DNA of 64,000 bases from NCBI GenBank assembly GCA_964428385.1, contig CAYRYR010000001.1, positions 20-64,019 of the forward strand, in the 5' to 3' direction. The translations under genes were made by a program, and so were the position numbers. A model generated the notes under the pieces. That model did no database searches. It was not told the DNA's origin and worked only from the letters and a program-made list of their open reading frames with translations. This document shows, piece after piece, positions 49,355-57,871 of the stretch (position 1 is its first letter; the number at the start of each line of letters is the position of its first letter). This DNA comes from an uncultured Methanoregulaceae archaeon. Lineage in GTDB: Archaea > Halobacteriota > Methanomicrobia > Methanomicrobiales > Methanospirillaceae.

Positions 49355-50410
49355 TTAGTTTTCCCATGGTGTAAAGAGACCATCTGGATAATGCTCAACG
49401 AACCAGATGATATATTGTGTAAGATCAATTTTGTCTTTGAGCAATTTAACCCTTTTTTCTCTTCCTTCTGCCTTTATATTTTTGTTCTGTACCAATTCGC
49501 GTGCTTTTTCTATCACATCCTGCTCCATTGCTGCAGGATCCGAGAATGTGTAAACAAGTCCGTACGCTTCTTCTTCCTCATCGGTATATCCCAGTCTGAG
49601 TGTGTTGACATACAGAGCATGTGTTCCCAATACTGCACATTCTGACGCAGTAGTTGCGCCTTCCCCAATATAGAGTGTTGCATAATAGAGCAGATGGTGC
49701 AATCGATCCGGAGGGATATGAATCCGGTATTGCTCAAGCTCAGGAGGAAGCACTCCTTCAGATGAGATAAACACTTTTCCAAACGGCATGAGTTCATGAA
49801 CAAGTCTTGTTTTATGGATAATTCCTTTATGACCAATATCATGACTTGCATCCCATGAAACAAACCGTAATACCACAAAGAGATCATCCTTTGTAAGGCC
49901 TACCTCATCAAGAACCGTCTCATCTGGAGAGAAATATGCAGGATGAAGATATGCAAGCTCAGTATACCCATCATATCTGATATGTTTCGCTCCAAAATCC
50001 TTTTTAAACCATATAGGAGTGATGATAGCATCAGTACATGGTACATACAGAATATGTTCCCAGGTTGCATGTTCGGTGTCATCAAGAGCAATACAGGGCT
50101 TTCTTAGTATTCGTGATGCATGAGCTGCCCGGATCGATCCAAATCCTATGAATATATCAGGGTTAAATTTTTTTACTGCCCGGATCATTCGTATATCCAT
50201 CAAAGGAATGTTCAGTATTTTCTTTCCGATTCCTTTCTGATGATGACCCAGACAGGTATATGAGAAATGATATCGTTCTAAGAGGTCGATAGAGACTTCT
50301 TTATCAATTGCCGTTATCAGGATCTCATGCCCCCTCTTTTGCATCTGCCAGATAAAATGCTTAAAATAATGAACATGAGCCGGATGGTTAATATCAACAA
50401 CGATCTTCAT
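49355..50410 (-). CDS. DUF354-family protein (GT-B / epimerase-like fold)
   Basis: The N-terminus MKIVVDINHPAHVHYFKHFIWQMQKRGHEILITA is characteristic of DUF354 as I remember it. Confidence 0.6.
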   Translation of the reverse strand: MKIVVDINHPAHVHYFKHFIWQMQKRGHEILITAIDKEVSIDLLERYHFSYTCLGHHQKGIGKKILNIPLMDIRMIRAVKKFNPDIFIGFGSIRAAHASRILRKPCIALDDTEHATWEHILYVPCTDAIITPIWFKKDFGAKHIRYDGYTELAYLHPAYFSPDETVLDEVGLTKDDLFVVLRFVSWDASHDIGHKGIIHKTRLVHELMPFGKVFISSEGVLPPELEQYRIHIPPDRLHHLLYYATLYIGEGATTASECAVLGTHALYVNTLRLGYTDEEEEAYGLVYTFSDPAAMEQDVIEKARELVQNKNIKAEGREKRVKLLKDKIDLTQYIIWFVEHYPDGLFTPWEN

Positions 50411-51200
50411 ATTTCTCCTGATAAAGGGTCTTTATCTCACTTTTTGTCGGATAAGTAATGAGAACTGCCTGTTTTCGTCCATGATATACAAAGAAACTCC
50501 CTGCTGCAAGGGCAGATGCATGACCTTTATGGTATGCCTCTGCCATATCATTAATGGATCCTGCACCCCCACAGGCAATGACCGGAATTTTCACCGCATC
50601 TGATACCATTCTGATAAGAGAGATATCATACCCCTGCATCATGCCATCCCTATCAATTGAGGTAATGAGAATCTCTCCGGCTCCTGCATCTTCAATAGTT
50701 CTGATATAAGTCGCAAGATCTGCCTTTACTGGTCGTGTCCCTCCCTGGATGAATACCTCATAATTCCCTTTTTTTCCTATTTTTACATCAATTGCTACAA
50801 TGATGCTCTGACTGCCAAACTGCCGGCTTGCATCTGCAATCAGTTCAGGATGTTCTATTGCACTGGTGTTTATGGCTACCTTCTCAATACCGATGCTAAA
50901 GAGAAGTTCCATCTCTTCAATGGTTGTAATCCCTCCTCCATATGAGAATGGCATGAAACACTCTCGAGAAATTTTTTTAAGGAGATCATACTGAATCTTT
51001 TTCTCTTTCTTTTTTGTAAACCTGGCTGCTGGTTTTGAGAGGGTGATGTCAAGAAATAAAAGTTCATCAGCCTCTTTTTCATTAAATATTCTGACTGCAT
51101 TTATGGGGTCACCAATATATCGTGGATTATCAAACTGAGTCGTCTTAACAAGCCCGTTCTCTTTCATAAGCAGGCATGGAATAATTCGTGGCCTAAACAT
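50394..51200 (-). CDS. HisF-like cyclase subunit (WbuZ/AglZ-type) for acetamidino-sugar synthesis
   Basis: RIIPCLLMKENGLVKTTQF...IGDPINAVRIFNEKEADELLFLDI. (beta/alpha)8 HisF pattern inside a glycan cluster rather than a his operon. Confidence 0.8.
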   Translation of the reverse strand: MFRPRIIPCLLMKENGLVKTTQFDNPRYIGDPINAVRIFNEKEADELLFLDITLSKPAARFTKKKEKKIQYDLLKKISRECFMPFSYGGGITTIEEMELLFSIGIEKVAINTSAIEHPELIADASRQFGSQSIIVAIDVKIGKKGNYEVFIQGGTRPVKADLATYIRTIEDAGAGEILITSIDRDGMMQGYDISLIRMVSDAVKIPVIACGGAGSINDMAEAYHKGHASALAAGSFFVYHGRKQAVLITYPTKSEIKTLYQEKYEDRC

Positions 51201-51817
51201 TACTGCTCCATCTCAGCAAAGTTTCTCAAAAACAAAATACCGCTTGCGTGACTCCGTTCCGGATGACATTGTATCCCATAGATATTCTCTTTTTTAATGA
51301 GAGATGGAAACTCATATCCGTATCCTGTAGTTGCCAGGATATCTGCATCTTTTGGTTCTGAATAATGGAAAGAATGCACAAAATAAAACATGTCAGAGTC
51401 GGTTACGCCGGCAATAATTGAGTCTTTCTGTTTGATGTGGAGACTGTTCCAGCCCATATGGGGTATCTTCAGGTGTTCTGTCTCTGGAATCTGAAATTTT
51501 TTGATATCAGCATCTATCCATCCCAATCCCTGGCAGCTTCCTTCTTCACTCTGTGATGCCATTATCTGCATCCCGATGCAGATACCCAGAAGTGGCGTCT
51601 TCCCGTCTAAAACGCTCTCTTCTAACACTGAAATCAGATTCATATCATGCAGATTCTTCATCGCACGATCAAATGACCCTACTCCAGGAAGAATCAGTTT
51701 TTCAGCATTCCGAATATCTTCCGGGCGTGAAGTAATAATAGCATTACAGCCGATCCGCCGGTAAACATTTAAAATACTTCCACTATTCCCAGTTTTATAA
51801 TCAATTATTGTTATCAT
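51200..51817 (-). CDS. HisH-like glutamine amidotransferase subunit (WbuY/AglY-type)
   Basis: MITIIDYKTGNSGSI..., GICIGMQ nucleophile elbow, QCHPERS. TAATG junction with the HisF-like gene. Confidence 0.8.
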   Translation of the reverse strand: MITIIDYKTGNSGSILNVYRRIGCNAIITSRPEDIRNAEKLILPGVGSFDRAMKNLHDMNLISVLEESVLDGKTPLLGICIGMQIMASQSEEGSCQGLGWIDADIKKFQIPETEHLKIPHMGWNSLHIKQKDSIIAGVTDSDMFYFVHSFHYSEPKDADILATTGYGYEFPSLIKKENIYGIQCHPERSHASGILFLRNFAEMEQ

Positions 51818-51828
51818 ATTGTATGCGT

Positions 51829-52965
51829 CTATTTTTTCAGGTATTTTTCCGCAAGTATGGGAGGAAGGAGATGAAGATGACATGCTAACCTGACAGGAAG
51901 ACTCAATGCATTGATATACGGGTAATAGGTCGGGTAGTTATGAAAACTCTGTACCGGGAGTTTCATTATCTCATCAAAATCTTCCTGTGAGAGGTCTAAT
52001 TTACTGATGGTATATGCAACTATTTCTGGATCATATTCATAGGGCTGTGCAATTTTTTCTAATGCTTCCTGGCGACTTATATGGCCTGATCTGACTTCTG
52101 CAGCATATTCAAGTTTTCGTTTATCTATACCAAATTTTTCTGGAAGATAATAAGACTGGAAAAAATGAGTGTACATTGACTCATGATGGTGACCGCCATA
52201 ATATGTCCATCCCAGCTCCTGTTTCAGAGTTGCGTCCACCTCCTCTTTTTTATAGTCAAGATATTCGAGCAACCGTATCTCCTTAATTCTACGAAGGAAC
52301 ATATGGCAGAGGAGATCTTTCATTCCCATTATAGGGAAACTGGTTATCTTTCTGGAGCCAAAGAGTCTCTGAACACTTCGTATATACCGACCATCCATAT
52401 AGGTCCAGGTGATTGGTGAGGTTCCCTCTGTTCTGAATGAATGTCCCTGAATAACATAATGTAGCCCCTCTTTTGCTGCCACATCAAAAAGCACTGAATA
52501 AATCGCCCAGTCGGTGGGAACATCTGCATCTGGTACAGATGCATAAAGAAAGGATCTCTGGAGATCTTTAAATTCTCCCCAGTCCGCAACAACCGTATAC
52601 AGGTCTACATCAAGCTTTTGTGTTGCGTTATAAATGTTTGTTACTGCTGTCTTTGAGTTCCAGCCATTATCAAAATGAACCGCAAGTGGCCGGAGACCTA
52701 ATTTGACTGCCATATATAAAGTGTACGTGCTGTCACGCCCCCCGCTGACACCGACTACACAGTCATATTTCTTTCTTTTTCCATCCTCCTTTATCTGTGC
52801 AATACAGGCCTTTAAGTGCTCTGCTCCCTGTTCATCAAGAGGATACTGCACTTCCAGCTGATCATGAATGCCACAGAAATTACAGATTCCATTCTCATCA
52901 AATTGTATTCCTTCAATTGTATCGTCAAGGATGCAGCGGGAGCATAGGGTAGTTTTGGATATCAT
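51829..52965 (-). CDS. N-acetyl-sugar amidotransferase (PP-loop ATPase, WbuX/WbpG/AglX-type)
   Basis: N-terminal Zn-ribbon (CSRCILDD...CNFCGIHD), PP-loop VGVSGGRDSTY. Start at MISKTT (52965). Confidence 0.8.
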   Translation of the reverse strand: MISKTTLCSRCILDDTIEGIQFDENGICNFCGIHDQLEVQYPLDEQGAEHLKACIAQIKEDGKRKKYDCVVGVSGGRDSTYTLYMAVKLGLRPLAVHFDNGWNSKTAVTNIYNATQKLDVDLYTVVADWGEFKDLQRSFLYASVPDADVPTDWAIYSVLFDVAAKEGLHYVIQGHSFRTEGTSPITWTYMDGRYIRSVQRLFGSRKITSFPIMGMKDLLCHMFLRRIKEIRLLEYLDYKKEEVDATLKQELGWTYYGGHHHESMYTHFFQSYYLPEKFGIDKRKLEYAAEVRSGHISRQEALEKIAQPYEYDPEIVAYTISKLDLSQEDFDEIMKLPVQSFHNYPTYYPYINALSLPVRLACHLHLLPPILAEKYLKK

Positions 52966-53062
52966 GATATCAGTTGTATGATTGAGAGGTGATTGTTCTC
53001 GTACTAGTATTTTATCTATGAGTATAGGAAGGTGATGAGAAAAATTGAATGTGTGCGATGTA

Positions 53063-54022
53063 CTAGTACGAGATAAATAATGTATTCTGAATGACGAGCC
53101 CGAATATTCCAAAGAGGGCGGTTAAAAGAAACATCAACCGTGTTGCTTTTTGTTCATTAACCTCAAAGAAATAAGGGATTACCCATTTTAGTGTCAGATA
53201 ATTAGGAACAATCAGGTTCCCTTCCTGATTGATTGTACCAAATTTTGTTGCCGGGAGTTTTCTGATTCGCCAGTATGCATACATAAGAAAATTGATGATA
53301 TGAGGAATAAAGAGGATAATTCCGAGGATCTCCATGTTCATCAGAATGATGTATCCTCCGACTGCAGATCCTATTGCCAGAGAACCGATATTTCCCTCAA
53401 ATATCCGTGATGGATACCTGTTGTAGATATAAAAACCACAGAGAGCTCCAAATAAAGGCATAATGAAAAGAGTTGTATTATATTGCCAGATAATACCCTG
53501 AATTACAAGAAATGCCATGATGATGATGGAGAGACCGCTCTGCATTCCGTTAAATCCAGAATGCATATTAATAAGGTTTGAGATGACCATCACAAAGAGT
53601 GGTGCCAGAATAAACAGGTACAGAACGCCGAGTTCAACTTCTCCAAAGCCTACCCAGATTGCCGTATCGGTAGATATGAGAGCTATTGGCAATGCCATGA
53701 AGAATGGTGCGATAATCTTGAGTTGTCTTCCTACATCCACCAGATCATCTAAAATTCCAAACATGGCATAGGTGAAGACGATGAAATAAAAGATGAGAAG
53801 TGATGCAACATTTCCAACAAGAAAGATTGCAACAATCAGTGAGACAAGGACCCCTGCAAGAATTGCCATGCCTCCCATTGTCGGAACTTTTCTGTCATCT
53901 TTATACATATCAGGAACTAAAAAACCCTGTTTGGTAAATTTTCTGATGAAAATGGGTGCTGATGTGAGAACCGTAATGAAACTAATCAAAAATAAAAGGG
54001 GATATTCAGATGAAATTGTCAT
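53063..54022 (-). CDS. Glycosyltransferase family 4 polyprenyl/dolichyl-phosphate HexNAc-1-phosphate transferase (AglH/WecA/MraY-like)
   Basis: 10-11 TM helices. DMYKDDRKVPTMGG, GILDDLVDV and NLINMHSGFNG motifs of the MraY/WecA superfamily. Confidence 0.8.
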   Translation of the reverse strand: MTISSEYPLLFLISFITVLTSAPIFIRKFTKQGFLVPDMYKDDRKVPTMGGMAILAGVLVSLIVAIFLVGNVASLLIFYFIVFTYAMFGILDDLVDVGRQLKIIAPFFMALPIALISTDTAIWVGFGEVELGVLYLFILAPLFVMVISNLINMHSGFNGMQSGLSIIIMAFLVIQGIIWQYNTTLFIMPLFGALCGFYIYNRYPSRIFEGNIGSLAIGSAVGGYIILMNMEILGIILFIPHIINFLMYAYWRIRKLPATKFGTINQEGNLIVPNYLTLKWVIPYFFEVNEQKATRLMFLLTALFGIFGLVIQNTLFISY

Positions 54023-54063
54023 AATTGCTACAGAAAAGGTTGATTGATATGATATATCATGTT

Positions 54064-55806
54064 TCAGGAGATGGCAACAATTGTTGCACCGCTATCGTAT
54101 AATATTGTATAATAGTCACTCATCTCATTCACATTCACCGTCCGGTATATGCCATCATAAAAATTGAAAAATGGCGGGTTATAGTCTGGATTAGTACGCG
54201 ATATGCTTGAGATGTACAGCAGAACCGGATGATAGGGAAGACTTCTTATAAGGTCTGGAATGGTGGGATCTGTTGGATCTGCGACAATTTTCGATGAGAG
54301 TTCACTAAAGGAAAATGATCCGTTTATCTCTGGTTTGGGGATTAGTGTAGGTTCTGTAACCGGAATGCCGGTGAGAGGATAGACAAGCATGCCTGTTGGA
54401 TCGATATTGATACAGATGGGATGAGTAAAATTCTGATCGCGCAGCCATTGCATGGCTTGATAGTCATCTTCAGGCAGGGCAAATGAACCTGCATAACTGT
54501 AAAAGACAGCTCCCATTATGCCAATTCCGCCCAGAATAAGGAAAATAGAGACTATAGTCCGAAGGCGGGTATCTTTGAGCTGCCATGTCATATATGCAAG
54601 GGCAATCGCAGCAAAGAATGCGAATGGAAGATACAACTGAGAAATGACCCTGGTTGCGGTAGTGATAACAAGTATCTCAGAGTCTACCAAAAGGACAATG
54701 ACTGAGAGCCCTGCAACCCATGCTAGTGCAAGACGCTCCATGGCATGAAAACGGTAATAGGCAATGAGGATTCCAAAGACTGATAAGAGTGCAAATACCC
54801 ATCTTGTGATAAATTCAGTTGTTAATGTCTTTTCAGACAGGATCCAGAATATATATGAGGTTGATGAGAGCATGAGAGGGATGCAGAGGAGAAACAGGAT
54901 TAAAATACAGATCCCTGTCAGGATATAGATGCGTTCTTTTTTAATTAACCCGGATTGTATCATCCATTCTCCCCCTATCCAGAATGCAAGTACAGGCACC
55001 AGGTAAATTATAAATCGTGTATGAGTGAGAAGAAGTCCCAGAAGAAGAAGTAACAGGATCCGCTTTTCGATAATAATTGCAAGAATAATAGCCACAAACA
55101 GCATCTGGGCTGTTGCTGATGGATATCCCCCCCATATCAGGTTATCAAAGTGCTGGGGAAAACAAAAGCAGGCCAGGATAAATGCAGTACAGGCACACCA
55201 GCCAGGATAATACTCGCGTATGACGGCATACAAGAGTACACTTGTTGCTGCAGTGATAAGAATCGGGATGATGGTAATGGTATTGATGAGTGGAAAGAAA
55301 AGCGTCCAGAAAGAAGTATAATAATGAAATCCTTTTGGATAGTAATCCCAGGAAGAACCAACCGGATAGATACTGACCGGGACAGATATCCCATCCATTA
55401 TCATTCTGACTATTGATGCATGGACGGTGACATCACCAGCCCGCCAGATTACAATAGCCGTGAAAAAACTAATTAAAATCAGGACATACACTCCGGCAAG
55501 AATAAGGACTGTACTATCCTGCCGATTTGGGAGAGTTAACTGATGATTCTTACAAAAGATGATGAAGAGAATAATTCCAAGAATTATAAGAGGAATCTGA
55601 AATAGGGGTGGTGAGAGAGAAAAAAATGACGCCAGTATTCCAGAAAGTGAGATTATTACAAACCCTGTTGCAAAGGAAAGTGCAATACGTGCCACAATAT
55701 TTCTGCCCTTTGTCAGAAAAAAGACAAATCCTCCACCAGTACAGGTTGTCACAATCGTAACAACGAGAGCGAGAAAGATATCAGTAAGGAACATATCCGG
55801 ATTCAT
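54064..55806 (-). CDS. Large polytopic membrane protein (unknown; candidate glycan polymerase or transferase)
   Basis: ~14 hydrophobic segments plus a ~130-aa C-terminal soluble region. 4-nt overlap with the upstream 177-aa ORF. Confidence 0.4.
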   Translation of the reverse strand: MNPDMFLTDIFLALVVTIVTTCTGGGFVFFLTKGRNIVARIALSFATGFVIISLSGILASFFSLSPPLFQIPLIILGIILFIIFCKNHQLTLPNRQDSTVLILAGVYVLILISFFTAIVIWRAGDVTVHASIVRMIMDGISVPVSIYPVGSSWDYYPKGFHYYTSFWTLFFPLINTITIIPILITAATSVLLYAVIREYYPGWCACTAFILACFCFPQHFDNLIWGGYPSATAQMLFVAIILAIIIEKRILLLLLLGLLLTHTRFIIYLVPVLAFWIGGEWMIQSGLIKKERIYILTGICILILFLLCIPLMLSSTSYIFWILSEKTLTTEFITRWVFALLSVFGILIAYYRFHAMERLALAWVAGLSVIVLLVDSEILVITTATRVISQLYLPFAFFAAIALAYMTWQLKDTRLRTIVSIFLILGGIGIMGAVFYSYAGSFALPEDDYQAMQWLRDQNFTHPICINIDPTGMLVYPLTGIPVTEPTLIPKPEINGSFSFSELSSKIVADPTDPTIPDLIRSLPYHPVLLYISSISRTNPDYNPPFFNFYDGIYRTVNVNEMSDYYTILYDSGATIVAIS

Positions 55807-56336
55807 TTATCCTCATCATTTGTTTCAAATACTGGAAAGCAGAGCATGTATGATTGTGGAACCTGGTCAGGATTGAGAGGTGTTTCATGCAATGAGACTG
55901 ATATAGTATGAGCTGATGAGTAATTTTTGGCAGATATTCCGTCATTTATACCATCGGTTCCTGGTATGCGTGCTGCACTCGTATCCCCTGCAAGAAGAGA
56001 ACGATTAACCGAAAGTGGAATGGTCAGGCTCCTCTCAGACCCCAAATCCGGTATCAAGAACGTTCCTGACTGGATAATCTCATCATCATAATATACCGAG
56101 TATTCATATCCCATCTGTTCTTTATGGTGCGAAACGACAGTACATGAATAGTTCAAAAAAACTTCAGGTTCACTACTATCAGGGAGATTTGTAGTATCTT
56201 TTAGATAGAGTTCGGTATACCCATGGTAAAAATAATCGGTAGCGGTTACATATATGATAAGAATTACACAGAGTGATATTCCGATGAGACAGGCGATGAG
56301 TATTGCTGATGTCAGTGCCTGATCATCTGGATCCAT
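55803..56336 (-). CDS. Membrane-anchored hypothetical protein
   Basis: A single N-terminal TM helix (AILIACLIGISLCVILIIYV), then a ~130-aa beta-rich domain. First gene of the minus-strand glycan operon. Confidence 0.45.
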   Translation of the reverse strand: MDPDDQALTSAILIACLIGISLCVILIIYVTATDYFYHGYTELYLKDTTNLPDSSEPEVFLNYSCTVVSHHKEQMGYEYSVYYDDEIIQSGTFLIPDLGSERSLTIPLSVNRSLLAGDTSAARIPGTDGINDGISAKNYSSAHTISVSLHETPLNPDQVPQSYMLCFPVFETNDEDK

Positions 56337-56377
56337 GTAGGAATCGTTATCCTGACTTCTATATATCTTTGGTTGTT

Positions 56378-56749
56378 ATGAGAACATATTATCAGACCCG
56401 GTATGAGGTGGCAGCAGTCTCGTTAGGAGCGCTGCTCTGTGGTGCTATTATTTTTGGTTCAGGACAGGATGGTTCTCTTCTCACGGTTTTTGCCGGGTTT
56501 TTGCTGTCACTCTTTCTGTGCGGGTATCCCCTGGCCGTCATCTTTATGCGATGGTGCAAAGAACCTCAAATCCTTCCACTGATTATTCTCGCTGTTTTCT
56601 TTTCAGTGATGGTGAGTATCGGATCCGTTGTGCTGATTCATTACAGTAGTTTTGTCATTACGGCAGTATCGGTTACCATTAGTCTTGTGATAATTACCAT
56701 TTTCACATCATGTATTGTTGTTCTTGTAAGCAGGAACCAAAATGAGTGA
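56378..56749 (+). CDS. Small integral membrane protein (4 TM)
   Basis: Hydrophobic segments throughout. Start at ATG 56378 is preferred because the track start at 56303 overlaps the divergent gene. Confidence 0.4.
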   Translation: MRTYYQTRYEVAAVSLGALLCGAIIFGSGQDGSLLTVFAGFLLSLFLCGYPLAVIFMRWCKEPQILPLIILAVFFSVMVSIGSVVLIHYSSFVITAVSVTISLVIITIFTSCIVVLVSRNQNE

Positions 56750-56839
56750 ACCAATACAAAATGACCAGGAGAGTCAGTGATACAGAGTGGGAAGGATGAC
56801 ATGATTCATATCGATGAAATCCGGGATTCAGGGTAGCAG

Positions 56840-57871
56840 ATGAGATCGGTAACCATGGTTGTCCACGGCCCTGAAGCATTTGATAATGGATGGGTTGCAA
56901 GGATAACAAACAGTATCGGCCCGGTAGAAATCGTTGTTGCAGGTATCATGGCCCGGACTGCAGCTGAGGAGAGTAAGATTCCCGTCAGATTCGATTGCCG
57001 GATTCCGAGTGTTATCTTCAATGAACTCTCTCTCTCCTCCTCATTTCTGTTAAACTGTGCAAAATCACCTCAATCAGGAGAACGGTTTGGATGCCTTGTT
57101 GCGAACCGCTGCCATCAATCGCCACTGATACAGGTTGAGTGCAGATCACACGAAATAATTGTCTGGGGAGAGAAGACCAGTATTCTTGCAGATTATCTCG
57201 CTCGAAAAACCGGTTTTCCGATAACCAGGAAGATACCAACAATGCAGAAAAAAGATACCATCCGGACAATTGGTGGATGTATCTTTGGAGAACCGGTATT
57301 TGTCAATGGTATCATCATTGGATATGCAACAGCAGAAGAAGTTATACTCTCTGTTGAAGATAACACGCTTAAAGCGGTATCTGGCATTGATCTTAAGGCA
57401 CATGGTATCGAAAAATTGCTCAGGTCTGGACTTCCTGTGATATCAGAGGCCTGGTGTAAGAGCGGACGTATCCGTTCATCCCCTCCTGGATATTGTTTTA
57501 GGACTGCCCCTAAAACAGGAAGAATAGTTATTATCGATCATGCTGCAGTGGATCTGTACACCCTACTTACACCTGAAGTTACTGGTATTCTTGCGATTGG
57601 AGATGATACCACTGCTGTCTGTGGTCATATCGGATTTCACCTGGGTATCCCGGTCTTTGGTATAACAGACGGGGATCGTGATGATATTCTCATCTCTGCA
57701 TATGCACCCGGCTCTGTAATTGTCCATGTTATCGATGGGTCTGATGATGATACCGGCAGGGAACTGGCTTCCTTTGTCCCTCAGGATTCTGTTTTCTGGG
57801 CATCATGGGTTGGCTCTATGGTTCAGTATCTTGGAGAACGGGTAATTATCTCTCTGCAGGTGCCAGAGTGA
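56840..57871 (+). CDS. Conserved-looking uncharacterised protein, translationally coupled to nreA
   Basis: 343 aa. The C-terminal half carries AIGDDTTAVCGHIGFHLGIPVFGITDGDRDD, an acidic nucleotide/metal-binding-loop-like motif. Its stop overlaps the GTG of the next gene (GTGA). Confidence 0.55.
   Translation: MRSVTMVVHGPEAFDNGWVARITNSIGPVEIVVAGIMARTAAEESKIPVRFDCRIPSVIFNELSLSSSFLLNCAKSPQSGERFGCLVANRCHQSPLIQVECRSHEIIVWGEKTSILADYLARKTGFPITRKIPTMQKKDTIRTIGGCIFGEPVFVNGIIIGYATAEEVILSVEDNTLKAVSGIDLKAHGIEKLLRSGLPVISEAWCKSGRIRSSPPGYCFRTAPKTGRIVIIDHAAVDLYTLLTPEVTGILAIGDDTTAVCGHIGFHLGIPVFGITDGDRDDILISAYAPGSVIVHVIDGSDDDTGRELASFVPQDSVFWASWVGSMVQYLGERVIISLQVPE

Noticed and set aside
54064-55806. SSWDYYPKG in the 580-aa membrane protein read as the WWDYG motif of the oligosaccharyltransferase AglB/STT3
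   Set aside because: The motif is imperfect. It lies near residue ~150 between TM segments rather than at the start of a large C-terminal periplasmic domain, and the protein is much shorter than typical AglB.
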